From Candidatus Gottesmanbacteria bacterium GW2011_GWA2_43_14 (GTDB lineage Bacteria > Patescibacteriota > Microgenomatia > 2-02-FULL-39-11), in assembly GCA_000999095.1 (NCBI GenBank), contig LCFP01000001.1, positions 138,230 through 202,229 on the forward strand: a stretch of DNA of 64,000 bases, read 5' to 3'. This document shows positions 21,724-32,952 of this stretch, in pieces. A program made the translations under genes and the position numbers. How positions within the stretch are numbered: the stretch's first letter is position 1; every line of letters begins with the position of its first letter. The notes under the pieces are model-generated. The model was not told the DNA's origin, did not search any database, and worked only from the letters and a program-made list of their open reading frames with translations.

Positions 21724-23323
21724 AGTAGATTAATCCTCCTGTCAGTATTATAGACAAAAATGACAGGATATCGGCAAACTGCCTTAAGGGGGTTGAGGTA
21801 AATCGGGCTGTAATGACGGATTCTCCCTCAGGAAGCGCCACTTCAATCAATCCCCTGTCCCGGTAGTTTATGTCAGCCGGACGTCCGTTGACCTCGACCT
21901 GCCAGCCTGGGTAATACAATTTCTTCAGTCTGATAATACCGGCCCGGGACGTATCCACTTCCGCCTGCCAAAATGCGCTCCTGTCTGTTGTTATTTTTCC
22001 GGATATTTCACCTTCGTATTCCCAATCCGGCGCTTTCTCTCTAACCAGCTCCGGGTTAACCCATCTGGGCGTATATTCATCAAAACTGTTGGTAGTCTTT
22101 TCCAATGCCAGAAAAAAGGGCAGATCCCAAGCAAGGCTTTCATTAACCCTCAAGTGGTTGCGGTTGGAATAGAAAGTCAGAACCATCAGCATGAAGGATA
22201 AAATCAGGGCAATTTTCTTATTTTTAAATCTGTTGACAGCCAAAGCAGCCAGGACTGCGGCCGAAAAAACGGATACAACCAGGATTCTCCAGGTAAAATC
22301 TATGACTGCCAGTTCCTGGATACTCTCCCATAAAAAAAGCGATTCCTTCTGCATCATAAACACACTTAAAACAAAAGCAGCCGTAAAAAAAAGAGTTAAT
22401 CTCAATCGTTTAAAGCTGATAAAAACTGCAGCTAAAACTAATGCCAGCCATTGACCTGAACCTATCTGCAGTGACATACCGCCTTCGGCCGCCTTCATCA
22501 TGCCGTAGCCCCAGGGACTGTATAGCAGGTTCTTCAGACTGACAAAGGTATTTCCGGTAAACGCCGCGCCCATAACCGCATTGAATTTGGTGTAACTTCT
22601 TTCAATGAAAGAAGGCAAAAGATAATAGGCAGACAAGCCGGTAAAGAGGCAAAAGGCCGAAAGATGATAAATTATTAGGCGGCCGATCTTTTTTCTCCGA
22701 AGGGAAATCAGCATGAACGGAATAAAAGCAAACATCACCAAGAAAAAAATCATGGCATGGGACAGCAGCAGTCCGGTAAGGGACAATGCATACAGGGCAA
22801 TCCATAATAAAATATTTTTTTTCTGACGGATTTTGACTGCAGAGAGAAAAATCATCGGAATAAAAATAAAAGCAGTCGCATCGCCGATTGCAGCTCTGAC
22901 AAAAATATTGGAAAAACGGTATGGAGCATAGAGGTATAAAATAGTGCCGGTAAATGCGGCCAGACGGCCGCTGATAGACCTCAAAAACCAGTACATGGTG
23001 ATTCCTGATAAGATAAATCCGGCTAAAAAGGTGAACTTTACACTGTCAATAACGGAAAAATTAAGCGAGCGGAAGATTTCGGCAATGTACCAGGGCAGCT
23101 GATAGGAAAAAATAAACAAAGGGTAGCCGAAACCGTAATTGAGCCCTCCTGCCCAGCGAGGCGGAAACTGTCCCTCCCGCAGCAGTCGGTCGAAATAATA
23201 AAAGCGGACAATCTGGTGCGGCCCGTCATGGCTGGTATAAAAACCGGGCAGAAACAGGTCTTTCAGGGCATAGGCAGATGTCAGAATAATGAAAAGCAGG
23301 ATTAACCAGTCTGTTTTCTTCAC
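21704..23323 (-). CDS. PTPS-related/YfhO-like GT-C membrane protein
   Basis: SHDG.HQ..R, GQFPPRW...NYGFGYPLF, YAPYR, FTWR, YYPGWQV; GTG start. Confidence 0.8.
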   Translation of the reverse strand: MKKTDWLILLFIILTSAYALKDLFLPGFYTSHDGPHQIVRFYYFDRLLREGQFPPRWAGGLNYGFGYPLFIFSYQLPWYIAEIFRSLNFSVIDSVKFTFLAGFILSGITMYWFLRSISGRLAAFTGTILYLYAPYRFSNIFVRAAIGDATAFIFIPMIFLSAVKIRQKKNILLWIALYALSLTGLLLSHAMIFFLVMFAFIPFMLISLRRKKIGRLIIYHLSAFCLFTGLSAYYLLPSFIERSYTKFNAVMGAAFTGNTFVSLKNLLYSPWGYGMMKAAEGGMSLQIGSGQWLALVLAAVFISFKRLRLTLFFTAAFVLSVFMMQKESLFLWESIQELAVIDFTWRILVVSVFSAAVLAALAVNRFKNKKIALILSFMLMVLTFYSNRNHLRVNESLAWDLPFFLALEKTTNSFDEYTPRWVNPELVREKAPDWEYEGEISGKITTDRSAFWQAEVDTSRAGIIRLKKLYYPGWQVEVNGRPADINYRDRGLIEVALPEGESVITARFTSTPLRQFADILSFLSIILTGGLIYYGKKQT

Positions 23324-23326
23324 GGC

Positions 23327-24085
23327 TTACTTTTTAAAAGCGAATAACTTATGCCTGATCCCTGATTTGAACATTGCAAAACACAATAAAGCCCAAAGAA
23401 TCTCCAGTCCGTATTTAAGGCTTCTGGCAAAATTAATCGAGGAAGCCTCAGGAAAATACCGAACCGGCACCGGAATTTCACCGATGGCAAAGCCGGCCGC
23501 ATGTGCGCTGATCAGAATCTGGGCGTCAAAGACAAAGTCGTCCGAAAAATTTTCCAATGGCAGTTTTTCCAGCACTTTCCTTTCAAAAGCGCGGAAACCG
23601 GTATGGTATTCCGACAGGTTTAAACCGAGCACGATATTTTCCGTCAGAGTCAAAAAACGGTTGCTCAGGTACTTATACAAAGGCATGCCGCCCTCCAGAC
23701 TTTCCCGGCGGCTCCTGATACGGCTGCCGAGCATGACATTGATCCGTTTTTGCCGTATCGGCGCAATCAGTTCAGCGGTCAACCGGGCATCATACTGGTA
23801 ATCCGGATGGATCATAACTATTATTTCGGCACCCCGTTCCAGAGCTTGACGGTAACAGGTTTTCTGGTTACCTCCGTAGCCCAGATTTTTTTCATGGACG
23901 AAAACCGGCAGTTTCAGCTTCCTGGCGACGGAAACGGTTGCATCCCGGCTGTCATCATCAACCAGAATAACTTCATCAACCTGGTCTTTGGGAATATCAG
24001 CATAAGTCTTCTCAAGGGTAGTGGCGGCGTTATAGGCGGGCATGACTACGACCACTTGGGGAGTTAATGTTCTTTTGCTTTTCAT
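23327..24085 (-). CDS. Polyprenyl-phosphate-sugar synthase-like GT2
   Basis: [43 protein letters not shown]. Confidence 0.88.
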   Translation of the reverse strand: MKSKRTLTPQVVVVMPAYNAATTLEKTYADIPKDQVDEVILVDDDSRDATVSVARKLKLPVFVHEKNLGYGGNQKTCYRQALERGAEIIVMIHPDYQYDARLTAELIAPIRQKRINVMLGSRIRSRRESLEGGMPLYKYLSNRFLTLTENIVLGLNLSEYHTGFRAFERKVLEKLPLENFSDDFVFDAQILISAHAAGFAIGEIPVPVRYFPEASSINFARSLKYGLEILWALLCFAMFKSGIRHKLFAFKK

Positions 24086-25551
24086 TTTCTGCCGTTTTCT
24101 TCCAACAGCTCATCTTCTACTGTTTCTATCTTCTTTTCTTCTAGATATTCCCTTTCGATATTGACAGAGTCGACATCCCATTTCCTTTCCCCCTTAATGA
24201 TGTTCCAGGCGGCATATAAGCCCATCTCTATCGAATGGTCCATATTGTTGTAGCGGAATGTACCGTTCCTGCCGATAATCTGCAGATTGCTGAATTGGCG
24301 CAGGTAATCCTTAAGGATTTGCACGTCCTCCTTATAATCAAGATGGTAGACGGGATATTCTTTGGGCACCCGGTGAACATGTCCTCCGATCAGATCTTCC
24401 TTTTTTATCAGATTGAATTCGCTGATAAAAGAATCGGCTATCATATTTATCACCTGTTCATCCTTCATTTTCCAAACCCGGTCACCTTCATTGCAGGCTA
24501 CTTCAAAAACCATGGTGGTTGTGCCGGCCGGTGAAAGGCGGCTGCTCCAGTTGTCCATCTCCATCACCCGCATGAAAGGGATTTCCTTGGGATGAACATA
24601 AATCCAGGTATCGGGTGTAATGTGCGTTTTTTTTATAAACAGGGCTACCTGCAGCTCATCCCGGTATTTCAATTTTGCGGCTGTTTTTAAAATTGCCGCC
24701 GGAGGGCTGGGTTTTAACGACTCAACCAAAGAATTTAAGGGAATGCTGGAAATGAACTCTTCCGCCTTATATACTTTTTCCCCGCCTTTTTCCCTGGCAA
24801 CAACCGAAACAATTTTCCCGCCCCCGCAATTGACTGTGACAACTTCGCTCTCCAGTTTTATCTCGCCTTTGCTTTTCTTTACAAAGTCTACCATTTTGTC
24901 GGCGATGCGGCCGACTCCCCTGTCAGGATAGGAAAATTCGTCGACTAACGAAACGACGCTTTTGCTTTTGAAAACCGATTCCTTCAGTATCGTCAGGAAA
25001 TTCAAACCCCGCGTTCTTTGTCCCACCCAGTCAATCGAGATATTCCGGCAGTTGGTACCCCATAATTTCTCGCTGTACCTTTTAAAAAAAGTTTCGTAGA
25101 GTGTTTTACCGAACTGAGATATGTAGCCGTCCTCCATGGTATGGAGAACAGACGGAAAAAGCCGGGACTTTAGCCTGGCGATAATATAATCAGTCACTGC
25201 CCGGAAGGCTTTGATGAGACCTATGCCCATCATGGCGTTTTTCAGTTTGATGGGATAGAAGAAAAATTTTTTATCGAAATAGATTCTGGTAAGCCTCGGG
25301 ACATTAATGACCTCTTTGCCCAGAAGTTTAAGCATCCAGCCGTTGACCATATTGCTCTTGGTATACCAGCGGTGGGGTCCGGTATCAAAAGCAAAACGGC
25401 CTACCTTAATAGTCCTGGCCAGTCCGCCGACATCTTCCCATTTTTCCAGAACGGTAACTTTTTTGCCTGCCCGGGATAACTCGTAAGCGCTGGCCAGTCC
25501 TGCCAGGCCGCCTCCCAGGATGACTGTTTGGGGTATCTTCCTCTTATTCAT
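24082..25551 (-). CDS. FAD-dependent oxidoreductase, UDP-pyranose mutase-like (ORF track start 25569)
   Basis: GGGLAGL dinucleotide-binding motif, [26 protein letters not shown]. Confidence 0.7.
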   Translation of the reverse strand: MNKRKIPQTVILGGGLAGLASAYELSRAGKKVTVLEKWEDVGGLARTIKVGRFAFDTGPHRWYTKSNMVNGWMLKLLGKEVINVPRLTRIYFDKKFFFYPIKLKNAMMGIGLIKAFRAVTDYIIARLKSRLFPSVLHTMEDGYISQFGKTLYETFFKRYSEKLWGTNCRNISIDWVGQRTRGLNFLTILKESVFKSKSVVSLVDEFSYPDRGVGRIADKMVDFVKKSKGEIKLESEVVTVNCGGGKIVSVVAREKGGEKVYKAEEFISSIPLNSLVESLKPSPPAAILKTAAKLKYRDELQVALFIKKTHITPDTWIYVHPKEIPFMRVMEMDNWSSRLSPAGTTTMVFEVACNEGDRVWKMKDEQVINMIADSFISEFNLIKKEDLIGGHVHRVPKEYPVYHLDYKEDVQILKDYLRQFSNLQIIGRNGTFRYNNMDHSIEMGLYAAWNIIKGERKWDVDSVNIEREYLEEKKIETVEDELLEENGRK

Positions 25552-26467
25552 TTTCCTTAAAATAATCAACTGTCGCTTTTAATCCCTTATCCAGATCCGT
25601 TTTTGGCTGCCAGTCCAGAATCTTTGCAGCCTGTGAATTGGACAGGACGCTTTTTTTCTGCTCACCTTTCTTGGCCGGTCCGTGTTTCGCTTGAATCGTG
25701 CTTCCGGTTATGCGGCGGATTTTATCATATAAATCAATTACATTGGTACCTAAGCCTGTACCGATATTAAAAGAACCGCTGACTTTTTTCTCCATAGCCT
25801 TAAGATTTGCCCGGACCACGTCGCCGACATATATATAATCCCTGATCTGCAGGCCGTCTCCGTTGATTACCGGCACCTCCCCCTTTAATAATTTCCTGGA
25901 AAATATGGCTACCACTCCCGCTTCACCGTGGGGATTCTGCCTGGGCCCGTAGACATTTGAATAGCGCAAAGCAATAAAAGGTATGCCGAAATTATTTCGG
26001 TAATAATGCAAATAGTGTTCGCCGGCAAGTTTGGATACACCGTAGGGGGACAAAGGCAAAAGCGGTACGTAATCCTCAGAAGTAGGGATTTTATCCGCAT
26101 CTCCGTAAACAACACCGCCTGATGAGGCAAATATGGTTTTTTTGAGAAATGTTTTGCCAGCTTCCATGAGATTGATAAGGCCGATGAGGTTGACCTCGGC
26201 ATCGTGACGGGGATCGTCCACTGAATTCCTGACGCTTATCTGGGCAGCATGATGGTTGAGAATTTCCGGTTTTTCCCTGGTGAAAATTTTAACGACGGCA
26301 TTAATATCCCTGATATCAGCCCGGTAAAAAACCGCTTTGGGACTTATAAATTCGCGTTTGCCGCTCGACAGGTCATCAATGACCGCCACCCGGTGTCCAG
26401 CGTCTATATAAGCGTCTGTGATTTGTGAAGCAATAAAACCGGCTCCGCCGGTAATCAAAATATTCAT
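25544..26467 (-). CDS. NAD-dependent UDP-sugar 4-epimerase (extended SDR)
   Basis: TGGAGFI, HHAAQISV, SSGG, YGVSK, NVYGPRQ, GEAGVVAIF. Confidence 0.88.
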   Translation of the reverse strand: MNILITGGAGFIASQITDAYIDAGHRVAVIDDLSSGKREFISPKAVFYRADIRDINAVVKIFTREKPEILNHHAAQISVRNSVDDPRHDAEVNLIGLINLMEAGKTFLKKTIFASSGGVVYGDADKIPTSEDYVPLLPLSPYGVSKLAGEHYLHYYRNNFGIPFIALRYSNVYGPRQNPHGEAGVVAIFSRKLLKGEVPVINGDGLQIRDYIYVGDVVRANLKAMEKKVSGSFNIGTGLGTNVIDLYDKIRRITGSTIQAKHGPAKKGEQKKSVLSNSQAAKILDWQPKTDLDKGLKATVDYFKENE

Positions 26468-26473
26468 ATCAGT

Positions 26474-26482
26474 ATTCTAACA
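26474..26482 (-). promoter_or_regulatory. Extended -10 leaderless promoter (TGT-TAGAAT)
   Basis: TGnTAGAAT-ACTGAT-ATG exactly fills the 15-bp intergenic gap. Confidence 0.6.
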
Positions 26483-28069
26483 TTATCTTAAAACCAATCT
26501 GAAGGCCGGCTGACCGTTCAGAAAGTTTATTTCCTTAATGAGTTCCCCGTCGTCTTCAGGTATTTCTCCCGGGGCTGACACAAACAATGTTTTTGTTAAT
26601 TCCTTATCCTTTGACCAGTCAATATTGCGGAATTCATATTTACCGATTACCCGCTCCGATCTTTTTATCTCCAGATTACGGGAAATTTCCTGATATTGCC
26701 CCGGATCAATTAAATTATAAAACAGGTAAAAAATATAAGGCTGGTCATAGCGGTAGGTAACCACAACTTTATCCACCCGGTCCTCAATCTGCCGGGCTGT
26801 GAGTATGGACTCTTTATAACCGTATTGCCACCAGTCCGAATACTCGAAAGGCGTTATCACATAATAAAGGTGAAGGTAGTAGAAAAAACTGAAAGTAAAA
26901 AGCGGAATTACCAGAAATCTGAAGCTTTTTCTCAGGTTGAGAAGACCTGTGGCACTCAAAATCTGATAGAGAGGCAGGTAAAAAAGCGCGCGGACAGCGT
27001 GGGGGGTACCGGAAGTCAAGGCGGAAGCAACCGGTGCCGCCAAAAACCACCAGGCAAAAAGCTGCCAGGATTTCTTCTCCTTCAGCCTGGCTATAACCAA
27101 AAAAATGCCTGCCAGAATAAACGGCAGTTCCCATAAATAAAGCATGCCCATACCGCTGGCATGATGCCTGCCCGGAGGGTCACCTGTCAAAAACAGAAAA
27201 TCAAAATTGAAATGATCCAAATAACCGCCCAGGATTTCCCGGAAATAGACCAGCCTGCGGTTGTGAAAGAGTCTGCCCAGGGGTATGCCCTTTTCCTGGT
27301 CAAATTCGATATCTTTTATGCTCTCCCCAAGTTTTTCATCAGGATTGACTACGGAAACCGAAGAAAATCTGGCTGAAGTTGATTTCTGAAGCTGTACGGC
27401 AATCGGCAACACCGAAAGCAGAAAAACAACCAGAAACACGGCCGTCTGTTTCAAATTGTCCCTGAATTTTGACCTATAGATCCAGAGTATACCGGCCAGC
27501 AGAAGCGGCACTATCAGCCTCGGGCTGTGATAAGCGTACATGGACAGGGCAAGAGAGACTGCTGAAAACAGATAGAACTTCAATCTTCTATTAGAGGCAG
27601 TAAGCAGAAAGATACCCCAAATAAGAAAAAACAGGGCTAAATTCGCCTCAAATGCCACCCTGGAAAACTGCAGATGCCAGGGCGAAACCGCCAAAAACAA
27701 AGCCGCCAAAAGATCCAGTTTGGCAGACTGGTGCCGAAAGAGCCTTCTAAGGAGCAGGTAAACGGCCGCCACAGTCAGAAGGCCGAAAAAAGCCGAGGTA
27801 AACCTGACTGAAAATTCATTCAAGCCGAAGGCCGCCACCGGCAGGATACTGATATAGGTATATAGCGGCGGTTTGTAGTCGTTAAAGGATTTAATGGATA
27901 AAGGAAATCTGATTGCGTATTCATCACGCCCCGTCTTTAAAAGAGAATAGGCATTGTAACCCAATGCTGCTTCATCCCAATCCAATGCCGGAGGATTGCT
28001 GCCAAGAGCATAAAAACGCAGGCAGAAAGCCAGCAGCAAAACAGCCGATAAAAGCAGTTTTCTATTCAT
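26483..28069 (-). CDS. ArnT/PMT-like GT-C glycosyltransferase (array member 8)
   Basis: WDEAALGYNAYS..TGRDEY..SFNDYKPPLY; SPWHLQFSR; PHAVR; PYIFYLFY. Confidence 0.85.
   Translation of the reverse strand: MNRKLLLSAVLLLAFCLRFYALGSNPPALDWDEAALGYNAYSLLKTGRDEYAIRFPLSIKSFNDYKPPLYTYISILPVAAFGLNEFSVRFTSAFFGLLTVAAVYLLLRRLFRHQSAKLDLLAALFLAVSPWHLQFSRVAFEANLALFFLIWGIFLLTASNRRLKFYLFSAVSLALSMYAYHSPRLIVPLLLAGILWIYRSKFRDNLKQTAVFLVVFLLSVLPIAVQLQKSTSARFSSVSVVNPDEKLGESIKDIEFDQEKGIPLGRLFHNRRLVYFREILGGYLDHFNFDFLFLTGDPPGRHHASGMGMLYLWELPFILAGIFLVIARLKEKKSWQLFAWWFLAAPVASALTSGTPHAVRALFYLPLYQILSATGLLNLRKSFRFLVIPLFTFSFFYYLHLYYVITPFEYSDWWQYGYKESILTARQIEDRVDKVVVTYRYDQPYIFYLFYNLIDPGQYQEISRNLEIKRSERVIGKYEFRNIDWSKDKELTKTLFVSAPGEIPEDDGELIKEINFLNGQPAFRLVLR
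26628..26646. repeat. 19-bp exact repeat, second copy at 37300-37318
   Basis: CGGAATTCATATTTACCGA at both sites; encodes GKYEFR in array members 8 and 1. Confidence 0.7.
27662..27682. repeat. 21-bp exact repeat, second copy at 38412-38432
   Basis: GGAAAACTGCAGATGCCAGGG at both sites; encodes PWHLQFS in array members 8 and 1. Confidence 0.7.
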
Positions 28070-29691
28070 AATTTTTCAGCGATGATAAAAGCCGGACGGC
28101 CAGACAAATTGTTTATCGTTTTAAGCATATTGAATCCGGCCGGCAAATCGCCGTCGGGTACAACCAGAAGAGTTTTCCCTGGACTTGAGGTTGACTTTTC
28201 CAGGTCAAATTTAATTTTGCCGAGTGCTGTCACATTGTAAAAACCGAACCAGTCCCTGACGGCTGTTTTTTTCATCAGAAACTCTTCTGTTTCAAAAGGC
28301 TGGTAAAAAGCAAAATAAATATAAGGCCGGCCTAAAGACTGAGTGACGAAAATATTGTCATACTCATTTTGTCTTTCTAAAACATATTTGACCATTTCCT
28401 TATAACCGTACTGCCACTCGCCGCTCCACTTGGTAGCAAAATGCAAATGGTAGTTATGCAAATACAAGGCAGTATTTAAAATAAACAGCAAGGCAACTGC
28501 CGCGGCTAATGGTATAAAAAAATCGGCTGTTTTTTTCCGCAATTCTTGGATAATGAATAGTAATCCGGAGGCAGACAGCCAATGAAAGACAGGCATGGCA
28601 GAGACAATTCTTAAGGCGTGCGGTGTCTCCCTGGCAACAGCAGCTGGCAAAGGCACAATAAACAGCCAGGCTAAAAACAACAGGTTGTATCCTCTAAGGT
28701 ATTTCGCAGCCAGGTATAAACCTATTACAACCGGGGCAAGATCGAAATAATACAGTTCGCCCATCCCCTGGATATGGATCCTGGGGTTGGCATCCCCGTG
28801 GGTAAACAGGAATTTCCCTGAAAAATTGTCGAAATAATGTTTGAGGTAATCAGCGGCAAAAAGCCAGCGGCGGTTATGAATCAGTCTGGCAGCAGGACCG
28901 CTTCCGGCAAGGGCTATTCTTTCATTTGATGATTCCACAGGCTGCGGATTGGTAAAGATGGATACTTCCTCCATTCTCAGACGGCTTTCCCTGGCTTTAA
29001 GGAATCCTGTGCTTGGCAGAAGCATGATTAAACCGGCCGCAACAGCCAGCGCATACCAACTGCGGTTTTTTAAAAGTTCCTTTAAATAGATTAGGGAAAG
29101 TGAGAGCAGCATTAAAGGAGCAATGATGCGGTTGGCGTTAAAAGTATAAAAAGACAGGCAGAAAAAAATTACCGATGGAAGATAAAAATAACCTGTTTTT
29201 CTGGCTTTGGCAAAAAAATAGATACCGGCAAGATTAAAGGCTGCGGCCAGATTGGCTTCAAAAGCTCCTCTGGACAAATGCAAAGCCCAGGGTGAAAAAG
29301 CGGTAAAAAGTGCCGCCAGCAGGGCTTTTTTCTTTTCTTTGGCAATTTCGAGAATTGTCAGATAGACAAGGTAGACAATGGCAATACCGGCCAAAACAGA
29401 CGGCAAACGAACTGCCAGCTCATTTAAACCGAATAACCTGACAGCAATAGCCGCCGCATATATATAACCCGGCGGTTTATAATCCCCGAAAGCAATAAAA
29501 CGGGCCAGGGGCAGGAATTCGCCGTGTTCGTCCTTTAGGGAGGTGGCAATCGAATATGCATTGTAACCCAGGGAAGCCTCATCCCAATATAGTGACGGCG
29601 GCACCGAATCAAGGCGGTAGAAACGCAGTATTGCCGCCAAAAAAATAATCAAAATTAAATGGATTTTGTGTTTATTTATTATATTATTCAA
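28066..29691 (-). CDS. ArnT/PMT-like GT-C glycosyltransferase (array member 7)
   Basis: WDEASLGYNAYS; FGDYKPPGY; SPWALHLSR; PHALR. Confidence 0.85.
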   Translation of the reverse strand: MNNIINKHKIHLILIIFLAAILRFYRLDSVPPSLYWDEASLGYNAYSIATSLKDEHGEFLPLARFIAFGDYKPPGYIYAAAIAVRLFGLNELAVRLPSVLAGIAIVYLVYLTILEIAKEKKKALLAALFTAFSPWALHLSRGAFEANLAAAFNLAGIYFFAKARKTGYFYLPSVIFFCLSFYTFNANRIIAPLMLLSLSLIYLKELLKNRSWYALAVAAGLIMLLPSTGFLKARESRLRMEEVSIFTNPQPVESSNERIALAGSGPAARLIHNRRWLFAADYLKHYFDNFSGKFLFTHGDANPRIHIQGMGELYYFDLAPVVIGLYLAAKYLRGYNLLFLAWLFIVPLPAAVARETPHALRIVSAMPVFHWLSASGLLFIIQELRKKTADFFIPLAAAVALLFILNTALYLHNYHLHFATKWSGEWQYGYKEMVKYVLERQNEYDNIFVTQSLGRPYIYFAFYQPFETEEFLMKKTAVRDWFGFYNVTALGKIKFDLEKSTSSPGKTLLVVPDGDLPAGFNMLKTINNLSGRPAFIIAEKL

Positions 29692-31328
29692 CAGGCTTTC
29701 CTTTTTTCAATATAACAGTCCTTTTTTAAAGTGTCATGGACGACGAATATCAGCCTGCCGTCATCCGAAGCCAATATTTCATCCTCACCGGCGGGTTCTT
29801 CGGGACGGCCGATATACAGGCTTTTATCAGGAATTACTTTTTCTTCGAGCCTTTTATTGTTTAAGTCCAGTGAGCCGAAATAGTATTTACCGATTTTTAG
29901 GAAATGCCGTCCGTCTGAAAGTGTGACCGGTTCGGCTTTCGCCAGGCGGTAAGAATCCGGATCAACAGAATTGTAAACGGCATACGCCAAGGCAGAACCG
30001 GAATAGAAATCCGATATGAAAATCCTCTCATAATCCTCCTGTTTGGCAGCGGCATAATCCAAAGCTGCTTTGTTCTCCCAACCCCACCAGGTTGCGGCAT
30101 ATACAGGATATTCCAAATAATAACGCATCAGGTAAAAAACCATAAATAAAGCCGCTGTAAAGCTCAGAACCATTGTTCCCGTCAAACTGATTTTGGCAAA
30201 GCGTCGGAAAAAAAAGTGAATCCCTGCCGCGATAAAGACATAAAGAGGAGGCAGCATGGTAATACTTCTGACGGCAAAGGGCTTGCCGACCAGGCTGGCA
30301 GGCAAAGGTGCCAGCAGAAGCCATATCAGAAAAAACCAAAATACAAAACGCTTTTGCCTGAAAAGATAATAGAGGCCGGCGATTAAAAAAGGATACTCCC
30401 AAAGATAAAGCATCCCTCTTCCCCCAAGGAAATAGCGCAATGAATTGTCCCCGTATATAAATAGGAAATTTGGCGATAGCTGTTCCAGATAATAATCCAG
30501 TGTCATTTTTATTCTCGTCTGATATTTATTGTGCAAGACCGGTTTTATAAAATCCGGCAGAAGCGAAGTCCTTCTTTCTTTTTTTACCGACTCGGCAACT
30601 GATTGGGAAAAACCCACAGACAGCTTTTGAAAGCGTGACAGGCCGTAACCGGAAAAAACGGATATAACCAAAGGTGAAACCATAAGGGCTGTTAAAAGAA
30701 ATACTCTGACGGTTTTCTTCCAACTGCCTTTTTTATAATAATTTAAATAAACAGCCGTCAAAGGCAGCAGTACCGGCAACAATATCCGAGGAGTAAAATA
30801 ACTGTATGCCGATAACGCCAGGAAACCTGCAGATAGGATAATCGATTTCGAATTTTCCCTCCGGACCAGGTAATAAAAACCGGCAATCATAAAAAATAAA
30901 CTGATGGTCGCTTCAAAATAGCCGCGGGATAGATGGATGTGCCAGGAGGAGACTGCCGTTAAGAAGACAGCTATCAAGGCTGTTTTTCGTTTTAAAAAAA
31001 TCTTTACCAGAAAATAAAATACCGGGACAGTAGCTGTTGAAAATATAACTACCGGCAGGCGGATTGAGTAGGCATTCATTCCCAGAAATTTAAAAAGCGG
31101 AACCAAAAGATAAACCGGTAGTGGGGATTTATAGTCGTCAAATGAACGGAATTCCAAAGGAATTTTTGTACCGTATTCATCAGCTCCGGTCTTGAGAATA
31201 TTGTAGGCATTCCAGGCAAACGCCTGCTCATCACCGTAAAGTGTGGCGGGATATGTTGCCAGCTGAAAATAACGCAAGGAAAAGGCCAATATAATCACCA
31301 GGAGCAGAATTATATTATTTCTGTTCAT
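29688..31328 (-). CDS. ArnT/PMT-like GT-C glycosyltransferase (array member 6; ORF track start 31355)
   Basis: GDEQAFAWNAYN; SFDDYKSPL; SSWHIHLSR; PFAVR. Confidence 0.85.
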   Translation of the reverse strand: MNRNNIILLLVIILAFSLRYFQLATYPATLYGDEQAFAWNAYNILKTGADEYGTKIPLEFRSFDDYKSPLPVYLLVPLFKFLGMNAYSIRLPVVIFSTATVPVFYFLVKIFLKRKTALIAVFLTAVSSWHIHLSRGYFEATISLFFMIAGFYYLVRRENSKSIILSAGFLALSAYSYFTPRILLPVLLPLTAVYLNYYKKGSWKKTVRVFLLTALMVSPLVISVFSGYGLSRFQKLSVGFSQSVAESVKKERRTSLLPDFIKPVLHNKYQTRIKMTLDYYLEQLSPNFLFIYGDNSLRYFLGGRGMLYLWEYPFLIAGLYYLFRQKRFVFWFFLIWLLLAPLPASLVGKPFAVRSITMLPPLYVFIAAGIHFFFRRFAKISLTGTMVLSFTAALFMVFYLMRYYLEYPVYAATWWGWENKAALDYAAAKQEDYERIFISDFYSGSALAYAVYNSVDPDSYRLAKAEPVTLSDGRHFLKIGKYYFGSLDLNNKRLEEKVIPDKSLYIGRPEEPAGEDEILASDDGRLIFVVHDTLKKDCYIEKRKAC

Positions 31329-32952
31329 AAGGAAATGAAGTTCTGTCCGTGACATAAAAAGCCGGCTGCCCGTCGGGATAGGTGATAGTTTTTAAAGGAT
31401 TTACTGTACCTCCCAGAAAATCTTCCGGAGAACCTATATACAAAGTTTTATCCGAAACCGTAAAATCTTCAGGGAAATCATCAAAGACATATTTATCGAA
31501 TTTTCTTACCCACCCGAAACCGTATTCGTTGACTTCCGACAAATTGGCTTGCGGTTGATATTTCTCAGGCGGGTATTTCAGAAAAACAAGGGCATAGATA
31601 TATCCCCAGGCGCTTTTACTTAACCAGACGGTTTTATACTCATCCTGTCTTGCGATTATTTCGCCGTAAACCTCATCCATGCCAAAATGCCATTCTTTGG
31701 CATAACGCAAGGGCGTATGACTGTAATAATTATGAAAATAAAACGTTAAATTAAAGGCTAAAACTATAATTACGAACAATATAAATACTCTTTTTAATAA
31801 AGGATATTTAATTTGTTCAATAATCATCATCAGGCCCAATGCAACATATATTGCCATAAAGGGTAAACTTAATTGCATCCGGCTGGCTGAAGGTACATAT
31901 CTGGTCAGAGCAGCCACTACTATACTGATGAGAAAACCGTATATAAATATTCCGCCGGCTGTATCTCTTCTTCGCAAAAAGAAATATATACCCGCATAAA
32001 AGAAGGGCATCATCCACATAAGCATGACGCCGCTGTTTACAGCTTTGTATATCTGTACATTATCCCCGTTGAAAAAAAGGAAATCCCAGGACAAATGCCT
32101 GCCGTAATTCTCGGCAAAAGTCATAACGTATGTAACAAGTTTATTATGGTAAAGATTACGGAATGTAAAACCGGACAGTACATCTTCCCCCCTTTGGCTG
32201 TTAATGGCAGCGACAATGCCGGGGTCTGAAAATATACTGGTTTGAATTGGACGCGACCAGAATGACTTATTAAAAACGGAAGTCAGCAAAGGCAGGGCTA
32301 AAAGCGTAAATACAACTATGGATAAGATAACACTTTTTACGTTCAGATTGCCTTTTTTTAGCCACAGATATAAACCGGCAATTATAAATAGCGGGGCCAA
32401 CAGTTTGGCATCATGATGAGCATACATGCTTAAGCCGAAAAGAACAGCCGGCCAAACGATAATTCTTTTATTTTTAAGATCTTTCAATAGAAAGGCCAGG
32501 CCGCAAAATAAAAGAAAGGCTGACAGATTTCCTTCATGTCCCATCCGGCTGAACTGTAATGATTGCGGCATGACGGTAAGCATAAAACCGGCAAGCAAAC
32601 CGGCTTTGCTGCCATACAATGAGTCAATCAATAAAAATACCGTCATGATTGTCCCTAAACTTAAAGCAACAGACAAATATCTAACCGCCTCAACCCGAAG
32701 CCCGAAAATTTTTACTAACGGGACAGCTGCATAAATATAGAGAGGCGCCTTATATTCTCCGAATGATTTGAATGCCAGGGGAAATCTGACCCCGTACTCA
32801 TCCCTACCGGTTTTTAAAAGCGAATAAGCATTATACAAATAGGCTGCTTCATCACTGTATAAACCCGGCGGGTTTTGGTTCAGTCGATATAACCGCAGGC
32901 TCAAAGCCAGCAGAATCACAGCAATCGAAAGGAAAACTGTTTTAATTTTCAT
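31315..32952 (-). CDS. ArnT/PMT-like GT-C glycosyltransferase (array member 5)
   Basis: SDEAAYLYNAYS; SFGEYKAPLY; PQSLQFSR; PSASR. Confidence 0.85.
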   Translation of the reverse strand: MKIKTVFLSIAVILLALSLRLYRLNQNPPGLYSDEAAYLYNAYSLLKTGRDEYGVRFPLAFKSFGEYKAPLYIYAAVPLVKIFGLRVEAVRYLSVALSLGTIMTVFLLIDSLYGSKAGLLAGFMLTVMPQSLQFSRMGHEGNLSAFLLFCGLAFLLKDLKNKRIIVWPAVLFGLSMYAHHDAKLLAPLFIIAGLYLWLKKGNLNVKSVILSIVVFTLLALPLLTSVFNKSFWSRPIQTSIFSDPGIVAAINSQRGEDVLSGFTFRNLYHNKLVTYVMTFAENYGRHLSWDFLFFNGDNVQIYKAVNSGVMLMWMMPFFYAGIYFFLRRRDTAGGIFIYGFLISIVVAALTRYVPSASRMQLSLPFMAIYVALGLMMIIEQIKYPLLKRVFILFVIIVLAFNLTFYFHNYYSHTPLRYAKEWHFGMDEVYGEIIARQDEYKTVWLSKSAWGYIYALVFLKYPPEKYQPQANLSEVNEYGFGWVRKFDKYVFDDFPEDFTVSDKTLYIGSPEDFLGGTVNPLKTITYPDGQPAFYVTDRTSFPYEQK

